From a virus: DNA of 20,546 nucleotides. The notes under the pieces are model-generated. The model was not told where the DNA came from. It worked only from the letters and a program-made list of their open reading frames with translations, and did no database searches. The stretch lies in IMG/VR virus record IMGVR_UViG_3300010274_000014, one strand, 5' to 3'. Positions 1 to 7,490 of this stretch are shown piece after piece. The position numbers were made by a program, and so were the translations under genes. Each line of letters begins with the position of its first letter. The stretch's first letter is position 1.

Positions 1-2
1 AA

Positions 3-821
3 GAAGACTTTCATCCTCAGTCATTCACGTTTATTGCAGCCAAGCTGGACGACAATCCTGCACTCACAACAAAAGATCCTGGTTATAGGGGCAGGCTCAT
101 GGCTCTTCCTCTTGTAGAACGTGAAAGGCTCCTGGGAGGAAACTGGAAGATCAGACATACTGCAGGGACAATGTTCCGGATGGAGTGGTTCCATTTCATA
201 GACCGCTCAGAAGTCCCTTTCAGGTCTCTGAATGAGTCTGAGCCAGACATCTACGTCATCCCAGAAAATAGCCGGAAAATCCGTGGAAAAATGCGTCTGG
301 TTCGCTGGTGGGATACAGCGGCTACAGAGCCAAGTCCTGAGAACAAAGATCCTGACTGGACTGCAGGGGTCCTCATGGGAGAGCTGGAAGGGAAGTTCTA
401 CATCCTCGACCTGGTTCACGTCCAGAAATCTCCTGGTGATGTTGAGGACCTCATGGCAGCAACAGCAGAGCTTGACGGGAAAAGCGTCGAGATCGGTATG
501 GAGGTAGAGCCGGGGTCCGCGGGCAAGAGGGAAGCTGAAAGGTTCAGGAGAACAATCTTTTCAGGATACACTTTTCACGCAGAGCGCAGCTCAGGCGACA
601 AAGTCACCAGGGCAAAGCCTTTCAGTTCAGCTGTTCAGCATGGCCTTGTCTATGTTGTCCGGGCCCCTTGGAATAATGAGTATCTTAGCGACCTTGTAAA
701 CTTTCCTAACCCGAAATACCACGATGACTGCGTAGATGCATCCAGCGCATCAAATGATTACCTGACAAGAAAAGGACCGAATAAAACAAGAGGGATTTCT
801 GCTCTCGTCCGGACTCGATAA
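3..821 (+). CDS. terL: Terminase large subunit, C-terminal nuclease part (5'-truncated)
   Basis: The frame is open from base 3 (EDFHPQSFTFIAAKLDDNPAL..YRGRLMALP..RERLLGGNW). It carries RWWDTAAT, GDKVTRAKP and FPNPKYHDDCVDA motifs typical of the Terminase_6C RNase H-like domain. Confidence 0.93.
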   Translation, partial: EDFHPQSFTFIAAKLDDNPALTTKDPGYRGRLMALPLVERERLLGGNWKIRHTAGTMFRMEWFHFIDRSEVPFRSLNESEPDIYVIPENSRKIRGKMRLVRWWDTAATEPSPENKDPDWTAGVLMGELEGKFYILDLVHVQKSPGDVEDLMAATAELDGKSVEIGMEVEPGSAGKREAERFRRTIFSGYTFHAERSSGDKVTRAKPFSSAVQHGLVYVVRAPWNNEYLSDLVNFPNPKYHDDCVDASSASNDYLTRKGPNKTRGISALVRTR

Positions 822-842
822 AATATTCCTGAAATTCTACGA

Positions 843-870
843 CTTTTTCTGAGATATTTTTTGTTTTTTC
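843..870 (+). terminator. T-rich stretch after terL, possible archaeal oligo-U terminator
   Basis: ctttttctgagatattttttgttttttc lies just downstream of the terL stop. Confidence 0.4.
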
Positions 871-893
871 TAAAAAAGATAATATTTTTATTT

Positions 894-908
894 GTTAACA
901 GCGTTAAC
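894..908 (+). promoter_or_regulatory. 15-bp dyad GTTAACAGCGTTAAC, copy 1, upstream of the portal operon
   Basis: Exact match to copies at 9381-9395 (-) and 12698-12712 (+). It follows an AT-rich TATA-like 9-mer and ends 19 nt before the ATG at 928. Confidence 0.8.
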
Positions 909-927
909 TTTACAAAAAGGCGATTTT

Positions 928-1254
928 ATGGATCTCTCCGAACTCCAGGAACTCATCTATTTTATATCCGGTATTGCTGCAGCCCTGGCTACTGCATACG
1001 GCACGATGAAGGCTCAGGGCAAGATAGTCTATCCCGCAAAGAAGATAGATGCAGGCAGGGACAAAATCAAAGAACTCACCGAGTCAAACGCGCTCCTCGA
1101 AGGTGTAGCTGAACTTATCAGCGAAGTCTCAGCCGATGAAGTCTCTGCTATGATTGCGAAGAAGAAAGAGCTGGACGCTACTCCAGGGATTACAAAAGAG
1201 CAGAAGGCTCTGACTCTGGGTATGATGTTCATGAACGCTATGAAAAATCCGTGA
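928..1254 (+). CDS. Small protein with one N-terminal hydrophobic helix (holin-like candidate)
   Basis: ATG at 928 preferred over TTG at 892, which overlaps the promoter motif. Segment LIYFISGIAAALATAYGTM is followed by a charged helical region. Confidence 0.7.
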   Translation: MDLSELQELIYFISGIAAALATAYGTMKAQGKIVYPAKKIDAGRDKIKELTESNALLEGVAELISEVSADEVSAMIAKKKELDATPGITKEQKALTLGMMFMNAMKNP

Positions 1255-1260
1255 TGAGAA

Positions 1261-2502
1261 ATGTCTGAACTCAATGCAGCTGCCCCTACTCCTAAAAGGA
1301 AATTATCCTTAGCAGCAGCAGTCGAACCTCTTAACAGGTCGAACACTTCTTCAACATCCGGGCCCTATGTAAATTTTGACCAGAACAACAGATTTACTTT
1401 TTACCAGCAGCTATCCACCTGCAACCCCCACGTTTCTACCGGTCTAAACAAACTGGGGCTTTCCTTGGTCAAAGGCATGTCCTTCGATGGAAAAAAGCAG
1501 GCAGTGAAAGAGTTCAAAGAATATTCTAAAAAATCAAACTTCACAAACCAGATACAGACAATTTCCCGCGTCCTCTGCAGGGACGGGACTTATCTTGCAA
1601 AACCTGTGTACGGGGCAAACGGTGGTAGTTTCCGCCTTGTGCCTTTCCTGATGCCTTATACAACAATCCTGCCTGAGGGGTATGCACCAGGTTCACGACC
1701 CACAAAAATAATGCAGCCTGGAAAAGATCTGGAAAAAACCAGGTTCTATGTATACGAGAAACAGCAAGCTCAGGAAGTCCTCGAATTCAACAAGGTTGTA
1801 TATGGTAACTATAACGAATATGATTCAGTGCAGCTGGATGTCAAAAAGAGGAAAACATACGGGCTATACGGGTCGTCTCTTCTTGTTCCCTTGATTCCAA
1901 GCATTCAAAACCTCCTGGACATCGATCAGGGGTTCATTTCCTTTGTCAAAAAATATGGTAACGGGCGGTATATTTTCAATTTCAGGTTAGTCGAAGAGCT
2001 TGTGAAGCAGGATATAATCACTCCTGAGGAAGGACAGGAAATCATCAATGATTGGTGTGAGAAACACAAGGACCTGTCCGAAAATGAGGACATTGTAGGG
2101 GCAGGCATTGATGTCTACACACCCGATCCAAAAGGCTCTCTTGATATTACAAAATTCAAGGAGAGTCTTGAGACTGAAATTCAGATAGGACTCTTCCAAT
2201 CGCCTTTGAACATGGGTAAGGCTTCCGGCACGACTTATGCAAGTGCGTACATGGTCGAAGAAGACAGGATGTTAGTCCTCGAAGGGATTCAGGAAATTGT
2301 AAAAGGTCTTGCTCAGACAGCTGTAGATTTCAGGCAGGCTGCTGCAGGAAAACAGCCAGGTTCAGTGACAATTGAATTTGAGGAATTGTCGCTTGAAAAA
2401 TTAACAGTGACTGAGATGCAGGAAATGTACAACACAGGCGTAATTTCAAAAGAGATGTTTTTGAAACGTACAGGATTCCCGGAAGAGGAAATGCAGGAGT
2501 GA
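1261..2502 (+). CDS. Portal protein
   Basis: 413 aa, located between terL and MuF, with a helical/beta pattern compatible with a portal. Assigned mainly by size and position. Confidence 0.75.
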   Translation: MSELNAAAPTPKRKLSLAAAVEPLNRSNTSSTSGPYVNFDQNNRFTFYQQLSTCNPHVSTGLNKLGLSLVKGMSFDGKKQAVKEFKEYSKKSNFTNQIQTISRVLCRDGTYLAKPVYGANGGSFRLVPFLMPYTTILPEGYAPGSRPTKIMQPGKDLEKTRFYVYEKQQAQEVLEFNKVVYGNYNEYDSVQLDVKKRKTYGLYGSSLLVPLIPSIQNLLDIDQGFISFVKKYGNGRYIFNFRLVEELVKQDIITPEEGQEIINDWCEKHKDLSENEDIVGAGIDVYTPDPKGSLDITKFKESLETEIQIGLFQSPLNMGKASGTTYASAYMVEEDRMLVLEGIQEIVKGLAQTAVDFRQAAAGKQPGSVTIEFEELSLEKLTVTEMQEMYNTGVISKEMFLKRTGFPEEEMQE

Positions 2503-2552
2503 GTGCATGACACTGTAAAATGCAATACAATTCAAAAACGGAGATAAAAACG

Positions 2553-3524
2553 ATGTTAAAACAACTGTTTATGATATTATTTTTAGTTATGCTCTTAGCA
2601 ACACCGTCAGTCGCAAGTGAAAAAGGTGCTATAATCCAGATGACCACAACATTAGAAAACAGCGATACTCAGCTACATTTTAATTATGCTGAAAACCTGG
2701 GAGATGGGCGTGGTGTTACATTTGGGTGTATCGGGTTCTGCACTGGGACTTATGATGGGAACATCCTTGTCAAACATTATACTGAACTGAATCCAAATAA
2801 CAATCTTGCAAAGTATATCCCGGCTCTGAATAAGATTGATGCTGGTCCTCACAATGCAGCAGGTGGAGACGGAAATCCAAGCTTAGAGGGATTATCTGGA
2901 TTTATAAAAGACGTTCAGTCGTGCAATGACCCACTTTTCAAGACAGCTCAGATTGACAAACTGGATGAGCTCTACTATAATCCTGCAATGGAAATTGCAG
3001 ATTCTATAGGCGCAAAAAATGCACTTACTAAAGCTTTCATCTATGATATGTGCGTCAGGCATGGAGTTGACGGGGCAGAAAGCATCATCAGGAAGGCAGG
3101 TACTACTCCGAAGCAGGGAGCTGATGAGAACACATATCTCGGAAAGTTGATTTCACTCAGGGACGCAAAACTAAAGCAGGAAGGCCTGGGAGATGTAAAC
3201 AGAGATCAGGGATACAAAAACGTCCTCAACAGTGGAAATGTTAATCTTCAGACTCCCTTTACTTTCGTTGCTTATGGAGAATCTTTCACTATTGATGGCA
3301 ACTTAGATCTCGGAGAATACCAGGAAGAAATCCCAGTTGAAGAACCACCGGAAGTAATCGAACCGGAAGAACCTGAAGAACCTGAAATTACACCAGAGGA
3401 ACCTGTAATTACTCCAGAAGAGCCTGAAAACACGGAAGAAAAGGATAACAAATGGCATCATAAAAAATATCATAAACACGGCAGGCATCACAAAGAGTGT
3501 CACAGACACAGTAGAAGATGTTGA
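2553..3524 (+). CDS. Secreted GH46 chitosanase-like glycoside hydrolase with Glu/Pro linker and His/Lys-rich tail
   Basis: LENS..NYAENLGDGRGVTFGCIGFCTGT..HYTELNPNNNLAKYIPAL matches the GH46 signature, with the catalytic Glu in ENS and Asp in GDGRG. Signal peptide MLKQLFMILFLVMLLATPSVA. ATG at 2553 has GGAGA upstream; an alternative start is at 2520. Confidence 0.88.
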   Translation: MLKQLFMILFLVMLLATPSVASEKGAIIQMTTTLENSDTQLHFNYAENLGDGRGVTFGCIGFCTGTYDGNILVKHYTELNPNNNLAKYIPALNKIDAGPHNAAGGDGNPSLEGLSGFIKDVQSCNDPLFKTAQIDKLDELYYNPAMEIADSIGAKNALTKAFIYDMCVRHGVDGAESIIRKAGTTPKQGADENTYLGKLISLRDAKLKQEGLGDVNRDQGYKNVLNSGNVNLQTPFTFVAYGESFTIDGNLDLGEYQEEIPVEEPPEVIEPEEPEEPEITPEEPVITPEEPENTEEKDNKWHHKKYHKHGRHHKECHRHSRRC

Positions 3525-3564
3525 AACATAAGAATACCGGCTTCTGAAAAACAGATGTGAAAAA

Positions 3565-5199
3565 ATGCTTCTGAACACTCCTGAGATTCGTCGCATCGAA
3601 TCCAGGTTCCTTTCTCTTTTTGAAAGAACTTTCCTTAAAGGAATCAAGGGAAAGCCTGCACCCTCTTACCTGAAATCAGTCAAGACTCAGTTCAAGTCAA
3701 AGACCTTCCAGATCCAGGCGGACAAAATCATTGATGATATCTACCTGCAGTCAATCGAACATACAGACAAACAAACAAAAAAGGCGCAGGCAAGTGTACT
3801 AAAAAAAGGCAGTAGGCACTTATCAGCTGCTTCAAAACCTCTTCCGATTACCGAGGAAGCCGTCAGGCAGGCTGTAGGATTATCGAAGGAAGTAACCGAA
3901 TCAATCATCAAGTTCCTGAAGGATGATGGGATCTACCTTGAGCATCCAAACACGCTTGAGAAAAGAGTACGGGAACTATGGGGTGGACAGAAGTATAGAG
4001 CTGTAAGATTTGCCAGGACGTTCACAGCTGATGTGGCTACAAATACAGAGCTCTGGAGATATCAGGATGCAGGGATTGACGACCTGCAGTTCTATGCGAA
4101 GATAGATGACAAGACTTCTCCGCAGTGTCGCACTATGCATGGGACGGTTTTTAAGACTGATTCTCCTGAGGCTAGACGGTACCGTTGTCCTTTGCACCAA
4201 AATTGCCGCAGTAGCCTCCTTCCTGTGCCTATCACTCAGAAAGTAGATCCTAAGATGCGGTTCGAGAACAGGGACTTCACTAGGCAGATGGATCAAGAAT
4301 TCAATATCCTTGATGACCGAACAGACAAGGACCTCATCAAGAAAACCTTTTCCGATATCGATACCTTCAATGAGAAGTACAGGATTGATCAGTTCATTCT
4401 TGACGAGGATGTAGAAGCCAGGCTGCAGAAGTTGAACATCCAGATCCTGAGTGAGATCCCAAAGGAGAAAACTAACTTAAAATATACGCCAGTAAAGACA
4501 GTTAAAAAGGCTGAGGAGTGGCTATTGGAAAACACTTCAGTGAAGTATGCCGATTTCAAAGGAGTGCATATAGACATTGTTAATGAGATGATTGAAAGTT
4601 TCGTATACCATCTGAATCTAGAACCTAAACTTGCTAACAAAATGAAATTTTATGGAACAGGACAGGCACAATTCGAGCTGTGGTATCAGGATGAACTCAA
4701 GAAGGAAATCGAGTGGCTAAAAAAACTCCACCCAGAAGATGAAAAACTCATATTAGAAAGGGCAAAGAGGAGAATTAAAAAGCCAAAGATGGATGGCAAA
4801 ACATACGCTCATTCGTGGAATCATCCCAAGTTTGGAGGCATTGGAGTAAATAAAAAGTTCGGTAGCAACCCATTAACGTTTTCTGAATGTGCCGAAAAAG
4901 ATGAGAGTGTAGGATGGCATCCTACAGGCTGCAAAACTATTAAATCGATATTCGATCACGAGTTTGGCCATGAGTTAGATAACATTTATAACATATCCAA
5001 TTCAGATATAGTGTCAAATCTCTATACCAAAAAAAATATTGAAGAAATTCATAACAACCTTTCTAGGTATGCTCTGACTTCCAAACAAGAGCTTGTGGCA
5101 GAGGCATGGGCAGAATATCTAAATAATCCAAGTCCCAGAAATATTGCAAAGGAAGTTGGAGAGTTTATAACGTCAGAAGTCAACAAGGGTAAATCATGA
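3565..5199 (+). CDS. MuF (SPP1 gp7-like) minor head protein fused to a C-terminal zincin metalloprotease (putative polymorphic toxin)
   Basis: MuF motif FYAKIDDKTSPQCRTMHG..CPLHQNCRS. The C-terminus has HEFGH (4957-4971) and LSRYA..SKQELVAEAWAEY. Confidence 0.85.
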   Translation: MLLNTPEIRRIESRFLSLFERTFLKGIKGKPAPSYLKSVKTQFKSKTFQIQADKIIDDIYLQSIEHTDKQTKKAQASVLKKGSRHLSAASKPLPITEEAVRQAVGLSKEVTESIIKFLKDDGIYLEHPNTLEKRVRELWGGQKYRAVRFARTFTADVATNTELWRYQDAGIDDLQFYAKIDDKTSPQCRTMHGTVFKTDSPEARRYRCPLHQNCRSSLLPVPITQKVDPKMRFENRDFTRQMDQEFNILDDRTDKDLIKKTFSDIDTFNEKYRIDQFILDEDVEARLQKLNIQILSEIPKEKTNLKYTPVKTVKKAEEWLLENTSVKYADFKGVHIDIVNEMIESFVYHLNLEPKLANKMKFYGTGQAQFELWYQDELKKEIEWLKKLHPEDEKLILERAKRRIKKPKMDGKTYAHSWNHPKFGGIGVNKKFGSNPLTFSECAEKDESVGWHPTGCKTIKSIFDHEFGHELDNIYNISNSDIVSNLYTKKNIEEIHNNLSRYALTSKQELVAEAWAEYLNNPSPRNIAKEVGEFITSEVNKGKS

Positions 5200-5369
5200 C
5201 AATCGGAGCGGCACCAGTTTGTTTGGAATGTAAACATTTAATTGAAGATCTGGGTCCTATGCGATGCAAGGCATTTCCTGATGGCATTCCTGATGAGATC
5301 TGGAGAGGCAACAATGACCATAAGAAACCTTATCCTGGAGATCATGGGATACAGTTCGAACACGTATGA
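5196..5369 (+). CDS. Small Cys/His protein, copy 1 (57 aa; putative immunity protein; absent from the ORF track)
   Basis: Hand translation: [61 protein letters not shown] overlap with the MuF stop. Confidence 0.85.
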   Translation: MTIGAAPVCLECKHLIEDLGPMRCKAFPDGIPDEIWRGNNDHKKPYPGDHGIQFEHV

Positions 5370-5539
5370 CTATTGGACCCAGACCTGTATGTTTAGATTG
5401 CAAACATTTTATACACTAGAAGGGCTCGTTCAGGTGTGCCGCTTTCCCTGATGGTATCCCGGAAGAAATAGAGATGGGTGAGAACGACCACAAGAAGCCT
5501 TATCCTGGGGATCATGGAATTCAATTCGAGCACGTTTAA
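5366..5539 (+). CDS. Small Cys/His protein, copy 2 (57 codons, in-frame TAG at codon 18; pyrrolysine read-through or pseudogene)
   Basis: [56 protein letters not shown], with TAG at 5417-5419. ATGA overlap with copy 1. Confidence 0.75.
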
Positions 5540-5599
5540 AGGATGACTCAAGAAGCCATTAAGTCTTTAGCTTAGTGGCAGTTCGCCGAAGGAAGAAAC

Positions 5600-5812
5600 A
5601 TGACATGTATTGACGACCGGGAATTAGACAAAGTAACTTACAGTTCGATCTGTCTTCCGTGCAAACATTTTCAGAGAGAAGCTTATTCTGAAACCGGTAA
5701 AAAGACATGTGATGCTTTTCCTGATGGTATTCCTGATGAGATCTGGAGAGGCAACAATGACCATAAGAAACCGTACCCCGGAGATCATTGGATACAGTTC
5801 GAGCACTTATGA
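5600..5812 (+). CDS. Small Cys/His protein, copy 3 (70 aa)
   Basis: [40 protein letters not shown]. An in-frame ATG at 5543 is separated from it only by TAG 5573-5575. Confidence 0.85.
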   Translation: MTCIDDRELDKVTYSSICLPCKHFQREAYSETGKKTCDAFPDGIPDEIWRGNNDHKKPYPGDHWIQFEHL

Positions 5813-5982
5813 CTATTGGACCCAGACCTATCTGTTTTGAATGCAAACATTTTATAGATGAAGAGGGACCTATGAGATGTGAAGCCTTTCCGGATGGCAT
5901 CCCTGAAGATATCGTATTAGGAGATAACGATCATAAAAAGCCTTATCCTAGAGATAATGGAATCCAATTTGAGCATTTATGA
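5809..5982 (+). CDS. Small Cys/His protein, copy 4 (57 aa)
   Basis: [57 protein letters not shown]. The likely start is ATG 5809, an ATGA overlap with copy 3. Confidence 0.85.
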   Translation: MTIGPRPICFECKHFIDEEGPMRCEAFPDGIPEDIVLGDNDHKKPYPRDNGIQFEHL

Positions 5983-6085
5983 CTACTTTCCTCTTTTTAA
6001 TGAGGAGTATCTATTTTCGCATTTTATGAAACCTTATCTCAAAAGACCACGGTTTTAACTATATACAGATGGAGTAGTAAGCACG

Positions 6086-6298
6086 GTGGGAGAAAAATTC
6101 GTTTTGGATGACTCATCTGATGCAGAAATCATCTATAGCCCAATCTGCTCATATTGCAAACACTTCTATTGGAAAGGCAGAGGGATTCACGAATGTAATG
6201 CTTTTCCTGACGGCATCCCAGATGATATATGGAGAGGCGACAACGATCACAAGAAGCCTTACCCTGGAGATCACATGATTCAATTTGAACACGTTTAA
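6086..6298 (+). CDS. Small Cys/His protein, copy 5 (70 aa, GTG start)
   Basis: [40 protein letters not shown], with GGAG upstream. Confidence 0.85.
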   Translation: MGEKFVLDDSSDAEIIYSPICSYCKHFYWKGRGIHECNAFPDGIPDDIWRGDNDHKKPYPGDHMIQFEHV

Positions 6299-6427
6299 AA
6301 AAGCAAAATTTGTTTACTTACTTTCTTCTGCCATTCTGCTCTGTTTTATGTGGTGGACTTAGATATGAATTTCTAAGTTCTTCAGTGCAAATTTTTAAGG
6401 CTTTATCTATTTTTAAATCGGGAACTA

Positions 6428-6461
6428 TCGTATTTTCTCAACATATCTCGTATTTTCTCAA
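6428..6461 (+). repeat. 14-bp direct repeat TCGTATTTTCTCAA, two copies with a 20-bp period
   Basis: Copies at 6428-6441 and 6448-6461 in the convergent intergenic region. Confidence 0.6.
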
Positions 6462-6602
6462 TCCACTTTGGATAAAGAGCCATCTCTCGTTCACGTCTTT
6501 TACTTACCAAGAGCACCACGCATAGTATAATGACTTATCATCTTATAAAAAAACTTATTACTACAGGGCTACCTTTGGTGTAATTCTTCTGTTTTTGAGC
6601 TG

Positions 6603-6625
6603 AAAAAAGGAAAAAAGAGAAAAAA
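6603..6625 (-). terminator. Oligo-T terminator candidate for the minus-strand operon
   Basis: A-runs on + (aaaaaaggaaaaaagagaaaaaa) read as T-runs on -, about 20 nt after the stop at 6648. Confidence 0.55.
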
Positions 6626-6647
6626 GCTTTGCTGGGAATGCCTCTTT

Positions 6648-7490
6648 TTAATACGTTATCTTATTGTTTCTTGTTATAGCACTTGGTGCATCAATTCCCG
6701 GCTTCGCACATTTCTCAATTATGTTGTCCTCTATGATTACATTTGACATTTTTGCCTCTATTGCTCGAACTCCTGGATAAGGTAGGTCCTTGATAGAATT
6801 CCCATAAGCTCGGATATCCTTGAGTTCTCCCTGCAACTGCAGACCAGTATGGCCACCTCCGGAGGTGCTGCATTTGTTGTTAAGAAACTCCCCTTTTGTC
6901 ACGTTATAGAAGCGGCAGCTGGAATTTGTTCGGTTGATGAACGTGGAATTTCTAACAGAGATGCCGTCCACGTAATAAGCGTATATCCCATCATGCCCAC
7001 ATTTGTTGACAGTTATTCGGTCTATGTCAACACCATAACAGTTGTTAAGCAGGATGGCATCATTGCAACCGTTCTGGAAAACACAATCCTCGAGAGTCAA
7101 ACCGTTACAGCCTATCAGGGTTGCCATGTTATAAAGCGAAGTTCCGAGCCTGACGTCAGGATAATAATCACTCTGACTACCATCGACAGTGAAGTTCTTC
7201 AGGACCACATTGTTTGCGGAGTTTCCAGCGATCATCAGCATAGCCTTTTCTTCTTTGATAGGACATCCACGGTAACCCCAGGCAGGCAGCCCTTTTGCGA
7301 GCTTTATTGTTGCACCATTTCCATCGAAGATGGTATGGCTACGGAACAGGAGAGAATCTTCTATTGTGTAGATGACATCCGGATCCAGGATTATCGTCCC
7401 ACCATGAGCAAGAGCTTGATTGATTGCTTCTGACGTGGTCCCACGATATGTCCTGAGCTTTCCATCTGCGCCGATAGCTTCAATCGTGTT
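6648..7490 (-). CDS. Parallel beta-helix (pectate-lyase-like/disaggregatase-related) domain, in frame with 7491-8072 across one TAG
   Basis: Frame 7490 to 7242 is open (NTIEAIGADGK..SEAINQALAHGGTIILDPDVIYTIEDSLLFRSHTIFDGNGATIKL..) and runs into MLMIAGNS at 7241. It has PbH1-like repeats and GHDGIYA..RTNS..R motifs. Read-through would give 474 aa from 8072. Confidence 0.8.
   Translation of the reverse strand, partial: NTIEAIGADGKLRTYRGTTSEAINQALAHGGTIILDPDVIYTIEDSLLFRSHTIFDGNGATIKLAKGLPAWGYRGCPIKEEKAMLMIAGNSANNVVLKNFTVDGSQSDYYPDVRLGTSLYNMATLIGCNGLTLEDCVFQNGCNDAILLNNCYGVDIDRITVNKCGHDGIYAYYVDGISVRNSTFINRTNSSCRFYNVTKGEFLNNKCSTSGGGHTGLQLQGELKDIRAYGNSIKDLPYPGVRAIEAKMSNVIIEDNIIEKCAKPGIDAPSAITRNNKITY

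Larger units (their letters stand above)
5271..5829 (+). repeat. Near-identical 116-bp blocks at 5271-5386 and 5714-5829 spanning gene junctions
   Basis: Hand alignment gives 108/116 identical. Each block is the 3' half of one paralogue plus the first codons of the next. Confidence 0.85.

Noticed and set aside
861-1112. 83-aa ORF, and TTG start at 892 for the membrane protein
   Set aside because: Both run through the terminator/promoter motif; ATG 928 fits better.
5220-5237. c-type heme motif in the mini-genes
   Set aside because: The motif is CxxCKH rather than CxxCH, and there is no export signal, so a Zn-type site is more likely.
5242-5451. Track ORF MKIWVLCDARH..
   Set aside because: It is an off-frame shadow over paralogue copies 1 and 2, whose frames carry the conserved motif.
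5979-6029. ATGA-coupled 16-codon ORF after copy 4 as a toxin remnant or sixth copy
   Set aside because: Too short and shares no motif with the family.
5196-6298. CRISPR array or DGR template/variable repeat
   Set aside because: The repeats are protein-coding with synonymous variation and no fixed repeat-spacer period. Differences are not adenine-specific, and no reverse transcriptase or cas gene is in the window.
6310-6525. 71-aa ORF
   Set aside because: TTG start, low-complexity AT-rich intergenic sequence, no recognisable features.
6849-7433. 194-aa + strand ORF
   Set aside because: Antisense shadow of the beta-helix frame, which has clear family motifs.
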